Shown here in pieces: positions 11,869 through 23,591 of a stretch of DNA of 64,000 bases. Source of the DNA: Monocercomonoides exilis PA203 (lineage: Eukaryota; Protista; Preaxostyla); the NCBI GenBank assembly GCA_001643675.2, contig LSRY02000003.1:1984001-2048000 (forward strand), read 5' to 3'. The position numbers were made by a program, and so were the translations under genes. How positions within the stretch are numbered: position 1 is the first letter of the stretch; each line of letters opens with the position of its first letter. The notes beneath the pieces are model-generated. The model did not search any database and was not told the origin of the DNA. It saw only the letters and a list, made by a program, of their open reading frames with translations.

Positions 11869-12840
11869 CGATTGCAAGTCTGCTGCTCTGCTTTTCTTGA
11901 TTCGAAATCATATCTATTCTTATTTAATTTCGGCTTACCTTCCATCTTAGAATAAATATTAATCTTGGCTTTCTGAAAAAAGGTTTAGGCAAGTTTTGGA
12001 CTTAAATTTGAGGAAAGTTGAGCAATTTAAAAATTGCAATATTTTTGTTTCTCCTTGAAGAAGGCGTTGAAGAAGAACAGAACAAGAATTAAAAGACTGA
12101 TATTGACCCAAATAGACTTTTTATCACAAATAACTTGAATGGAAATATAAATTATACAGTTATTGATATGTCGAGAAGAAGTGAAGAAATTGAAGCTATT
12201 TTTGTCTCATGTGGTATTTCTGCTGACTGAAAATGCATAAAATTTTCCAAATGAGGATGCTCCGCCCCAATGCGAAGTGAGATGGAGCGGCAAAATAGTC
12301 AAAGATCGATGAATAAGACGAATAAGGCGAATAAGGCGAAGAAGATAGTAAAGAAGGAAAATAAAAATGGAAACAGAGAAATCTATGAATAATCAGATGA
12401 TTTTTTTTTGTAGAAGAATATGAGAAGGCTCCATATGACGTTGTTGATTGAATATAATATCTTTCTTAACAAGTTGACTTCACAAGAGATAATAATCCAA
12501 ATTGCAATATTTATGACTGATACTTTCAAGCCTATAAACTTAATAATATTCCCTCAAAGTTAATTGACTCCATTTTCTGTTAGCGAAGGGAAAGGCAGGG
12601 ATCCCACAAAAAGGATGTTGTTCTGTCAGCGCTAAAAATTCAAATGAATCAAAAGCCTAATAATGATACAACAAAGAAGACGAAGACGAAGACGAAGAAG
12701 GGGAAGAAGAAGGGGAAGAAGAAGGTGAAGAAGAAGAAGAAGAAAAAGAAGACGACGACGATGATGAACGAATCAAATACGTTGATTGAAGGTCGAGATT
12801 TGCTGAGGAGAATGATAACAAATAAAAACAGAGTGTTTCG

Positions 12841-14304
12841 ATGAAATCATTTTTTCTTCTTCCATTTTCGTTGATCTTTTTGCAAATAAAATCCTCCAAT
12901 TCCTCCTTCTCCATCCACTCATCCCTCTTCATCCATGCCCACAACCCCATCGATGGAGCCATTCTCCCAAACCTCAACAGCCCATCCACTTCCCTCTCTG
13001 CCTTCAACTCTTCTTTTCTTCATCAAACACGTTCTTTACAAAATGATCCTGTAAAGCATATTGGAACAGAATCTCAAAGAGCGAAACCTGGTAGATTGTC
13101 CTTTACTGCTTTGAATACCTACCTCTTTGAATGGTGCGAATGGTATAATTCTAACAGTGGATCAAGCGATGGAGGTGCACTTTATGTTATTTGCACAAAT
13201 GCAAATCTCACAATTACTTCTTGTTCATTCAATAAATGTTCGTGCACTAATGGATACAGTGGTGGGGCATTGTTCGCTCAAAATTTATTAAATGTCAATT
13301 TCGCAAAATCCAATTTCACAAGTTGTTCAGCTGTTCATGCAGGAGCTGCTTATGTTGGGTATCCGCAAACAAATTCTGTTTATTCATTCTCAGAAAACAG
13401 AGTGGAAAGTTGTTCAATATCTGGCTGGTGTGGAACTGGTTGGTATTTTGCTCTAAATAATAATCAGTTAAATTTTCAATTTCTGTTTTCCAAATGCAAG
13501 TGCATCTCAAATTCTGGTGGTGATGCTGCTGGTTCTTTAACATTCAATGCTCCTCCAGGAACCAAACCAAATCAATTTTTGGTTAATGATTGCCAGTTCA
13601 TCAACAACAAAGTCGAAAATCCAACTTCATATGGTGGTGCTGCGTTGTGTTGCACAAGAACATATGATTGGATGAATGAAGTCAAATTCATCACATTCTG
13701 CTTTTTCGATGGCAACACTGCAACTAATGGAAGGGGGAATGATGTGTTCTTCAATGGCAGCAGCATCACCCAATCTCCATTCAATCAGTGTGGATCAACA
13801 ACCCCAACTAAAAGAGTGTGGAATCAAGGAACGGCTGACAACGTTGAGAAAAATGACAGGTTTTGGCTTTTCTTTTCATATTTCTTCTCTTTTCCTGTTA
13901 TCTTCTCTTTTCCATCCATTTTTGCTTTTTCTATTTTCTTCTCTTTCGTTAATATATTTTTTGATTTCTTCTGCATTTCATCATCTTCCCTTGTTTCGTG
14001 TTTTGAATCTCAAACATCTTCCACTGTTCATCCAAATCCATTTCTTCATATTTCTTTCTCTTTCCATCTCTTCACAAATCCAACTTCCTGCCACATTCTC
14101 CTCTTCCTTCCATATTCTTCCTTTCATTCACGCATCTTCTTCCTTTCTTCCAAAAATGTCTTCAACCCTCTCAATCTCATTTCCATCAAGCATGAATCCG
14201 AGATCAAGAATTTCTTTCTCTTTCTTTTTCTTATTTTTATTTCTTATTTTTTCCTTCATCAACACATTTCCTTGTTTCCTTTTCATTTCATTCATGATCT
14301 CTGA
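12841..14304 (+). CDS. Variable beta-helix cassette 5 (intact signal peptide; truncated at ~13842 and fused to a Phe/Ser-rich tail)
   Basis: MKSFFLLPFSLIFLQIKSS leader and full variable domain. Homology is lost after RVWNQGTADN. Confidence 0.8.
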   Translation: MKSFFLLPFSLIFLQIKSSNSSFSIHSSLFIHAHNPIDGAILPNLNSPSTSLSAFNSSFLHQTRSLQNDPVKHIGTESQRAKPGRLSFTALNTYLFEWCEWYNSNSGSSDGGALYVICTNANLTITSCSFNKCSCTNGYSGGALFAQNLLNVNFAKSNFTSCSAVHAGAAYVGYPQTNSVYSFSENRVESCSISGWCGTGWYFALNNNQLNFQFLFSKCKCISNSGGDAAGSLTFNAPPGTKPNQFLVNDCQFINNKVENPTSYGGAALCCTRTYDWMNEVKFITFCFFDGNTATNGRGNDVFFNGSSITQSPFNQCGSTTPTKRVWNQGTADNVEKNDRFWLFFSYFFSFPVIFSFPSIFAFSIFFSFVNIFFDFFCISSSSLVSCFESQTSSTVHPNPFLHISFSFHLFTNPTSCHILLFLPYSSFHSRIFFLSSKNVFNPLNLISIKHESEIKNFFLFLFLIFISYFFLHQHISLFPFHFIHDL

Positions 14305-16490
14305 TTTCAACGCAGAATGTGAAGAATTTCAATCAGATGAAGTGAATGAAAAAGAAGAAGAAGAAGAAGCTGTGTGAAATGTTGTTGATATATTTGAAGA
14401 AGAAGAAGAAGAAGAAGATGGTAATGATGAATGGATTGAATGAGATTATTAATTGTTGAAAATTGAGAAGATGAGAGACAATGAATATCAACGGAGAAAT
14501 TCATTGAAATTCCTTCTTCTGGATTTCTTCTTCTTCTGCAGAGGAGAAACTTCTGAATCATTTTTCACTTTCAGCTCAATCCTCTTTCTCACCAACAAAA
14601 AATACAAAGCACGCGTCAATCCCTTTTTCATTCCATCTCTTCTTCTTTCACAAAAAATCATCTTTCCTCAAAAACTATTCTTCTCCAAAGCCCAATGCCA
14701 GGCATCTTCGAAATATCTTGAATTTCATATGTCTGTCTGTATTTTTCCTTCCCTGCTTTTCTTCTTTTTCTTCAAGGTCATGCAATCCTTCGCTCTTTCA
14801 ACATCCTGAATAAAACAAAATTATAATCACTTCAAAAAAATAACAATATCTAACCTTCCAAACATATTTTAAAGTCAATAACTCTATGTTATCCTATTGG
14901 CAACTGTTTCCCTCCAATAAAAATTCATAATTCCTTCCTTTTTCAAGTGTTTCATCATCTGATTCCCCAACCGTCCTTTCCATCAGTTGTTTCTCCATCA
15001 AATGCATCGATTTCTGGTCCTTCTGAAAAATGTGAAATTCATGCATTTTGCTCAAATTCCATCTTTCTCATCATTGAAAAATATCATTGTTTTTCCTCTG
15101 ATAATATCATCTCCAATTCCCTCCCCAATCCCTTCATCCTGGGCACTTTCCATATGAATTCGCTCTCCCAACTCGATGGTCACCCTGCACAACGAGATAT
15201 CCCGCTTTCATTCATTTTCATTCTTTTCCGCCTCCTGCCATGAAAAAAACACAAAAACATTCAACAGATAAATATTCATATAAAGAAAAATAAATAAAGA
15301 CCAAACTGAGCTTTGACTGTTTTTTGCCAAGCACACTCATTTCCACAGCCATCATCATTCCAAAAATAAATCAATCTCTTCATTTCAGCCTCAGAATGGT
15401 CAAATTGCAGCACGGAATGCATCTCCACAAAATACATTGTATATCTCACTGGAGGGTCTTCTCAGCCCGTACACATTGTGGTGGATGTCCAGAGGGGTTT
15501 TTTCTGTTTTTGGCATGATCATCTCCTTTAATAATATTCTCAACCACCAAAAGAAGTATTTGAGGTTTATCTCATCAACACCATGAACATGAGGGATATG
15601 GGGCAGAGAAGAGATTGAAGAGGATTATTTGTGGGAGAGGGTGAGAGTTGAGTATATTTTTGAATGTTAATATTTCGAGAGGAGATTTTTGAATGAAAGA
15701 AATTCTGAGACAGAGGGATGGAGAAGAGCAGGTGGAAATTCGGAGAAGATAATATAATAAATATTTAGAAAAGTTGCTGAGGATGATAAAGAAGGTGATT
15801 ATTGTTGATGGGAGATATGGAATTTGAAGAGAAAGAAAAGAGGGCAAAAGCTTGAAAGAAGAAGAAAAATGAGAAATGTTCATATGAAAAGGGGGTAACT
15901 TTTATGAGAGGAGAAGAATGTTTTATGGAAGAGAATGGGAAAGATGAAGAAAAGGAGGGGATTGATATTTTCTGATGATTTGGGGGGTTGAATGGAAGAG
16001 GAAAAACGGAAAGGAATGGAAATTGAGAAAAATCAACATTCTCTATTTCTGAGGGAATGGAGAGGAAATTGCAAAAAGAAATTCAATTGGCTTTGGAAAT
16101 ATACAGCAATATTGATTTCCGCAATCTGTTCGTTACGCATTTTGTGATTGAATTTTTCAAGCCAATCTGAAGTTTATACATCAAATGAGACGTTTTGGCC
16201 AATCAACAATTTCATGCAAATTATTCTCAACTTCATAAATATCGTTCGACTGTTTTCGCATTTCTCAACTGCATCTTCTTCTTCCTCCTCATCGTTTCCT
16301 TCTTCTTCTTCTTCGTCGTCTTCTGATAATCCTCCTTCATTCAATCAACCATCTTCCTCATTTCTCGATTTGCAAACACAAAATTCGCCTTCTCACATTT
16401 CGCCTGTTTATTCAGCGACAAGCACGCCTGTTATGAATCGCATAGCCAAAAACACGCAAAATCTTCTTCACTCAACCATTTCTTCTTCTT
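14290..16490. repeat. Central 'D block' between convergent cassette arrays (diverged copy ~43000-45180; inverted copy ~53910-56095); decayed coding sequence
   Basis: Colinear similarity, e.g. ORFs 15324-15518 vs 44007-44213, and MNR(I/M)AKNTQNLL at 16433 and 45125. Confidence 0.85.
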
Positions 16491-16659
16491 TTTCTTCTTT
16501 AACTTCAACCTCTTCCTCTTCTTCGTCTCTTTCATCTCCTTCTTCTTCTTTGACTTCGTTCTTCCTCATTCATGCACACATTTGTACGGCATCTATCTTC
16601 ATTTCAACAATTGTGATCCTTCTTTTATTCTTCAACATCTTTTTCAACAAGCAACAAAA

Positions 16660-17390
16660 ATGATACTATTTTTTCATTTCGTTCAACTCCCCTCGAATTC
16701 AGTGCCAGGCGCCATCTATCATTGCTGTTTGGAAAGATACAAAGAAATACTTATTCAATCAATGAATATCAGCAGAAATTATAGGGCAACGGAAATGATT
16801 CTATTTTTAGCCGAGAAAAGCTGATCAGAGGCATGCAATCAGCAAGAAAATCGTTTCTGATTTTTTCATTTGGAGGCTGAAGCATCTGAAGCGAAAATGA
16901 AAGGACAATGAGGCTATTATTGTTTGGAATGGCTGGGTTTCAAAAATAGCCTCCGATAGATTTCGTAGGCACGAAGCAACAGCGAATTGAGGAAAGTGAA
17001 ACGATGAGGAAGAAAAGGAATTTTGAGGAAAAGGCGTATTTGAGGGGAAATTTCAAAGAGGTGGTTGCGATAATCGGATACAAGCATGTTGAAATATGAA
17101 CGCTGAGGAAAATATAATAATTGAAAAACCTTCGAATATGATTGAAGAAATGCTATTTGAGAGATGAAATAGATGATTCCTTAAGGCTACGAATTTAATA
17201 TTTATTTGATGAAGAAGGGGAAATGGATGAAGAAATGAAAAAGAAGTGTTTTTTTCTGGGCTGATTTTAGACATCTCGAAAGACAAGCAATGATACATAT
17301 TTCAGTTGAAAAAGCGATGAAAGCTCAAGGATTTTTCTATGAAATGGAAAATGGAAGAAATTCTGATGAAAACAGAAAAAATACATCTTT
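16660..17390 (+). pseudogene. Degenerate convergent partner ORF ('B module') abutting cassette 3' ends; representative copy
   Basis: Broken frames reading FHLEAEA...ETMRKKRNFEEKAYLRGNFKEVVAIIG...FWADFRHLERQAM. Similar blocks at ~4220-5000, 7410-8200, 11530-12080, 19400-20210, 36960-37760, 39440-40200, 45240-45980, 53320-53860 and 58620-59445. Confidence 0.65.
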
Positions 17391-18614
17391 TCCAGTGATT
17401 TTTGTATTTGGAGAACGGAATGTGAGAGTGTTTGTGGGAATGAAAGTGGAGACGAGAAGAGAGAGGGAGGCATCGCTGAAGGGAGCAACGCATCCGAGAG
17501 CATACTCCACAGTGGCACATGGGCTTTGCTGTGTTTTGCCACAGGCATCGGCATCAGTTCCACCATTTGCAACGATTTTGTTTTGGTTGATGATTGGAAG
17601 CCAGTCATTATACACAGCATTATCAGCTTGTCCATTATTATACACTCTTTGTGTTGGAGTTGTTGATCCACAATTCTCAAACGGAGATTGGGTGATATCA
17701 CTTCCGTAAAAGAACACATCATTCCCTCTGCCATTTGTTGCGGAATTGCCATCGAAGAAACAGAATGTGATGAATTTATTTCCACTCATCCAAGTGAAGG
17801 TGTTTGTGCAACACAGTCCAGCCCCTCCATAATTTGCAGAAGCAGTCAATTTGTTGTTTCTAAACTGACAATCATTGACTGAAAATTGATTTGGTTTTTC
17901 TTTCGGAGGCCAATGAAATGTGAGAGAACCAGCAGCATCGCCACCAGAATTTGAGATACACTTGCATTTGTTGAACAGAAATTGACAGGCTGAGGTCATA
18001 TTATTGAGCCAAAAATACCAACCGGTTCCGCACCAACTTGTTATTGAACAACTTTCCACTCTGTTTTCTGAGAATGTCCAAACAGAATTTGATCGTGGAC
18101 TTGTAGCATGGACTGCTCCTCCATGAGCAGCCGAGCAACTTGTGAAATTGGATTTTGTGATATCAATTTTTAACAAACTATTGCAATATAACGCTCCGGC
18201 ATGATCGCTTGCCGAACATTTGTTGAACGAGCAAGAAGTGATTGTGAGATTGGCATTGACACAATAAACCTTAAGTGCACCTCCATCGCTTGACACACCA
18301 TTTGAATCATTCCATTCGCACCATTCAAATTTGTGGCTGTTCAGATCAAACGAAGTCAATCTACCAGGTTTCGCTCTTTGAGTTTCGGATCCGTTATATC
18401 TTACAGGATCATTTGGTGAAGAGCGTGTTTGGTGAAGGAAAGAAGCGTTGAAGGCAGAGAGGGAAGTAGAAGGGCTGTTGAAGTTGGGGAGAATGGCTCC
18501 ATCGATGGGGTTGTGGGCATGGATGAAGAGGGATGAGTGGATGGAGAAGGAGGAATTGGAGGATTTTATTTGCAAAAAGATCAACGAAAATGGAAGAAGA
18601 AAAAATGATTTCAT
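17337..18614 (-). CDS. Variable beta-helix cassette 6 (intact signal peptide, 425 aa, GCVAPF type)
   Basis: Leader identical to cassette 5 through HAHNPIDGAILPN. Complete framework, with homology ending at NTKITG (~17390). Confidence 0.85.
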   Translation of the reverse strand: MKSFFLLPFSLIFLQIKSSNSSFSIHSSLFIHAHNPIDGAILPNFNSPSTSLSAFNASFLHQTRSSPNDPVRYNGSETQRAKPGRLTSFDLNSHKFEWCEWNDSNGVSSDGGALKVYCVNANLTITSCSFNKCSASDHAGALYCNSLLKIDITKSNFTSCSAAHGGAVHATSPRSNSVWTFSENRVESCSITSWCGTGWYFWLNNMTSACQFLFNKCKCISNSGGDAAGSLTFHWPPKEKPNQFSVNDCQFRNNKLTASANYGGAGLCCTNTFTWMSGNKFITFCFFDGNSATNGRGNDVFFYGSDITQSPFENCGSTTPTQRVYNNGQADNAVYNDWLPIINQNKIVANGGTDADACGKTQQSPCATVEYALGCVAPFSDASLSLLVSTFIPTNTLTFRSPNTKITGKDVFFLFSSEFLPFSIS

Positions 18615-18721
18615 CGAAACACTCTGTTTTTATTTGTTATTATTCATTTTCGCATATCTCCTTCTTCAATCAACGTATTTGATTCGTTCGTCATCGTCGT
18701 CTCCTCCTTCTCCTATTTCTA

Positions 18722-18947
18722 CTTCTTCACCTTCTTCTTCACCTTCTTCTTCACCTTCTTCTTCACCTTCTTCTTCACCTTCTTCTTCACCTTCTTCTTC
18801 CCCTTCTTCTTCCCCTTCTTCTTCACCTTCTTCTTCCCCTTCTTCTTCACCTTCTTCTTCACCTTCTTCTTCTTCTTCTTCTTCCCCTTCTTCTTCACCT
18901 TCTTCTTCACCTTCTTCTTCACCTTCTTCTTCACCTTCTTCTTCACC
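18722..18947. repeat. 12-bp minisatellite (CCTTCTTCTTCA/C)n upstream of cassette 6
   Basis: Directly visible tandem array. Short versions occur upstream of cassette 5 (~12695-12735) and at ~40705-40745. Confidence 0.95.
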
Positions 18948-20185
18948 ATCACCTTCTCCTTCTTCTTCTCCTTATACTCCGTCTTTTTCTTCATCTCCTC
19001 CTTCGCTTTCATTATCATCTATGTTATCTTTCTTGTCTTCATCTTCAAATTAGTGTGTGCAATAATATCATCTGCAATTTCCTTATGACAAAGAGAAACC
19101 ACAGATTAATTTTCATGTCTTTCTCTTCTCTTTCCTTCTCCATCTCCTTCATTTTCATGTGCTTCTTCATTTTCATCATCATCATCTTCTTCTTCAACTC
19201 CTCCAACTTTTTCAATGCTATCTTCACTCACTTGGAGTTGAATCGGAATATCACCTATCTGTTGCATTCATACGCTCCAATCAACAGAGACGCAAAATTG
19301 AACTAATAATTATTTCACTTGCATTTCTTTGTCTCAACAATCAATCACTGAACTAGTCTTCATTTTTCATTCACAATTTTGATGATGAAAAAAGGTAATT
19401 TGAACGAATTGATTTCATTTCATTCAAATCAACTTCTTCTTCAACTCCTTCTTCAACGAGCAGCAAAAATTATGTTTATTCAAATTCATTCAACTCCCAT
19501 CGAATTCAGCTCCAGACCTTGTCTTTCATTCTTACACAGAAAGACAAAAGAAATATTTATTCAAATAATGAATATCAGCAGAAATTATGATACAACGAAA
19601 TGGAAGTAACTTTTAGAGGAGAATAGGCTATTAGCAGCGCAAAATAAAAAAAAAGTGAGGTTGATTTTTCCCTTTTTCATTTGGAAGTTGAAAGAATTCA
19701 CAGAAATTGTAAAGAACAGGACAGGATAGGATATTTGGGGTGAATTGGTTACAAAATAGCCTTCAATTGAATTCACAACTTCAAAACTGGAGCAAATTGT
19801 TGAAAATGAAACATGAAGAAAAGCATTTTTGAGGAAAAGGCGTATTTGAAGGGAAATTTCAAAGAGATAGTTGAGCGAATCGGATACAAGCATGTTGAAA
19901 TATGAACGCTGAGGAAAATATAATAATTGAAAAACCTTCGAATATGATTGAAGAAATACTATATGAAAAGAAGATATAGATGATATAAAGCAACGAGCTT
20001 TATTTTCATTGGATGCAGAAACTAAAATAGATGAAGAAATATCGAAGAAATATTTTTATTTGAGCTGATGTTAAGGATTTTGAAAGAAAAGTATTGATAT
20101 ATGATTTAGTTGAAAGTGATATGAAAGCTTAAGAAATTTTCTATGATATGGAAAAAATCACAACAAGATGAAACGTTTGAGGAAA

Positions 20186-21550
20186 TTACAAGGAGATTAG
20201 AAAAGCGTCATCATTTCCAGTGATTTTTGTGTCGACTGCTCCGAAGGTGAGTGTTTGAGTTGGGACAAATGTTGAGGAAAGGAGGGTGAGGGAGGCGTCT
20301 TGGAGGAGGGAAATGAAGCCAGTGAGGGCATACTCGATGGTGGCGCATGGGGTCTGTTGGGGTCTGCCACAGGCATCAGCATCAGTTCCGCTATTAGAAA
20401 CGATTTTGTTCTGGGCGATGAGGGGGAGCCAGCCATTGAACACATCGCTTTCAGCTGTATTTTTATTCCACACTCTTTTCGATAGGGTTGTTGAGCCACA
20501 TTGCTGGAATGGAGATTGGGTGATACTGCTTCCACTGAAGAATACATCGTTTCCTCTGCCATTTGTGGCAGTGTTGCCATTGAAAAAACAAAATGTGATG
20601 AATTTTACTCCACTCATCCAAGTGAAGGTATTTGTACAGCACAGCCCAGCTCCACCATATGTGGTTGGATTTTCGACTTTGTTGTTTATAAACTGGCAAT
20701 CATTGATTGAAAATTGACTTGGTTTGTTGCCTGGAGGAGAATTGAATGTGAGAGAACCAGCAGAATCACCACCAGAATTTGAAATGCACTTGCATTTGGT
20801 GAATAAGAATTTACCATTTGATGGAAAATCACCAATCCAGAAATACCAACCAGTTCCACACCAGCCAGATATTGAACAACTTTCCACTGTGTTATCTGAG
20901 AATGAATAAACAGAATTTGATTGTGACCCACCAATACAATTTGCTCCTCCATGAGCAGCTGAACAATTTGTGAAATTGGATTTTGTGATATCAATTTTTA
21001 ACAAATTTCCGCAGAACAATGCTCCTCCTTCCCAGCCACCTGTGCAAGAACAATTGTTGAATGAACAGGAAGTGATTGAAAGATTTGCATTTTCACAAAC
21101 AACATAAAGTGCACCTCCACGATTTGACCCACCAGTTGTATCATTCCATTCGCACCACTCAAAGAGATAGCTATTCGGGTTGAATGAGTACATTCTTTCT
21201 AATTTCAATTTTTGAGTTTCTGATCCGTTATATTTTACAAGATCATTTGGTGAAGAGCGTGTTTGGTGAAGGAAAGAAGAGTTGAAGGCAGAGAGAGAAG
21301 TGAATGGGCTATTGATGTTGGGGAGGATGGTGCCATCAATGGGGTTGTGGGTGTGGAGGAAGATGGTTGAGCGGATAGAGAGAGATGAGTGCAGGGAGAA
21401 TGAGGGAATTGTGTTGAAATTTGTGTTGATGGAAATGGAAGTGGAAGAAGAGGAAGAAGTGGTTGAGATGAAAGGATTGAGTGAGTGAGGGGGAAGGGAT
21501 GGAAGAGATAGAGAGGATTGGGGAGAGGAGATGTTGGAGAAGAGAGTATA
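20186..21550 (-). pseudogene. Variable beta-helix cassette 7 (Ser-rich leader without in-frame start)
   Basis: Frame is open from 21550 after a TAA at 21553-21551 and includes NPIDG and the 340-aa ORF 20186-21208. Ends DTKITGNDDAFLISL. Confidence 0.8.
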
Positions 21551-22404
21551 TTAAGAGTGAAAAAAGCCATATTAAAAGAGCTTTCGTGTTTGTTTATGTT
21601 TGAAGCCAAGTTATTGTTCATGATATAAAAATCATATTAAGTGTTTTCATTCAATTATCGTTCTGTCTGATTGTATTTTCTGTGATGAAAGCTCAAAAAT
21701 TCAATTGAATTGTTGTTCATTTCTCGTTTCAAATTATTGATTTTGCTTCATTTTCATAAGTATTTTTTTTTTTCATTAATGCATTTGAAAAATAAAAAGA
21801 CCATATTTTTTTTTTGAAAAATGCACAAATCAAACGATTGATTATCAAAACAAAACAGTTTCATCATTTTATGAAATTTATTTTCATTCATGAAAAGAAC
21901 ATCAAAAAAAGATTTCATTGTTTAGTGAATAAACATTTTGCATTTTCTTTGTATTTTCCAATAAAACTTAACAAATCTGATTCACCTTTGATTGAATTGA
22001 ACGGTTAAGTTTTTCAAAGATGAATTCAATAATTTCAAAAAAAGAATATTCATTATGAATTGGGTTGTTGATTTTCTGAGGATTTTATTTCATTGAATAT
22101 GGTTTTTGTAAAAAAAAACACATTTATGAACATTATTTTGGAGAAGGGGAAAAAAAGAAAAATTGATTCTTTGTTTTATAACAGTTGAGCAAATAAATAT
22201 AGTCTCTCCCTTTCATTTGTTTAGTAATTCAACTTCAAAACCCATTCAACAACAAAAACATTTTCTCGTCAATTCTTGAATGAAATAGTTGCAATGGTTT
22301 ATCTCTTTCGCACAGAATTATCTTATTTTCTTTTCTTCAAATTTTTTCGTTTTTTCTCTTTTCTCACTTTCAACACCATTCAGTTTTTTTGAATGTTTTT
22401 GAAT
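21330..22404. repeat. Segmental duplication of the cassette 7 leader and upstream region (partner ~47080-48165)
   Basis: Colinear and highly similar non-coding sequence, e.g. ORFs 21814-22008 vs 47575-47769. Confidence 0.9.
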
Positions 22405-22423
22405 TTAAATATGGGGGATGATA

Positions 22424-22688
22424 TGGGTGATTATTTTGATATGTCCAAAATTTTTTGAAAAGTTCCTTTTGTTTGATTTTCAAATAAATTTAAAATTTCA
22501 TATTTCGATCAAATTTCTGTTCTCTCTCATGAAACTTCACAAAAATAGAAATAATACCAATGTCAAGATTTTGTTTTTATGATAGCGTAATTTTGTGAGA
22601 GGGAACAGAAATTTTTTCAAAATTTGAAACTTTTATTTAATTTGAAAATTAAGTAAATGGAACTTCTCAAATAAATTTTGACATATCA
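22424..22688. mobile_element. MITE/foldback-like element with ~95 bp imperfect inverted arms
   Basis: 22438-22534 (gatatgtccaaaatttt...aaatttctgttctctctca) is the approximate reverse complement of 22592-22688. It is preceded by GGGTGATT at 22424-22432. Confidence 0.65.
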
Positions 22689-22781
22689 TATTTTTTCTAT
22701 CAAAATTTTTTAGAAAAAAATTTGTATTGCGAATTATTAAATAAATCCCAATATATTAGATGAATTTTGAATAGATTTTTC

Positions 22782-22890
22782 TTATTCAAATAAACTAGGT
22801 TTATTCAAATGAACTCATGTTTATTCGAATAGATCGAGTTTATTTGAATAAACTGAGTTTATTTAAGATAGACTGAGTTCATTCGAGTAA
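22782..22890. repeat. 19-20 bp tandem array (TTATTYRAATARACTRRGT-like), about 5.5 units
   Basis: Units ttattcaaataaactaggt / ttattcaaatgaactcatgt / ttattcgaatagatcgagt / ttatttgaataaactgagt / ttatttaagatagactgagt. Confidence 0.85.
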
Positions 22891-23591
22891 CGAAAAAAAA
22901 AGATGAAAAACAAAAATTAAAAATGAATAAAAAATTGATAGCAAAAACATTCAAATATTATTTGCACAACAACAATGCAGTTTTGGAAATGTATTTTGTT
23001 ATTTTAGTCAAATTAATTCAAAGATCAAAAGGATCTAAAAGTTAATAAAACCGTCAAAATCCTTTTGCACTAATAAACGATTCAAAACGCATCAATATTG
23101 CATCCTTTGATTGTTGGACCTTCAATGTATGTAATCCACCTGTTTCAGCATGCGTTTAAAATTGAAAAAAAGAAGAATTTCATGAATTATGAAATGTTTA
23201 GCATTTTTTTAATTATCGCAAATAATGCTAATTGAAATAATGCTGAATAATGTGTTTGATTGTGTCAATGAATGTGCAAACAACTTTATTTCTGCTCTGC
23301 TTGGGCTAATAGCATTAAAAGACTTGAAAAAACAACCGGACAATATTTGTAATTGACATTATTTTTTTATAAAAAATAATTAAATCAAATAAGCTTGTCT
23401 TCATTATTTCATTGAATAATGAACAGAGTTCAGCCGCTTTTCTCTTGCTATTTGTCTGCGCTTCTCCAGCAGACATTCCTTTTTGCGTTAGAGGTTTCCC
23501 GTTTGAAATATGCGAAATGTTATTCTTCTAGTTTTAATCCATCGAATGTGGAGTCCACGTTCTAACTGCATCACATGAGAGCAGCATTGAT

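Noticed and set aside
22782-22890. CRISPR array
   Set aside because: The units are contiguous degenerate 19-20-mers without unique spacers, there are no cas genes, and the context is eukaryotic.
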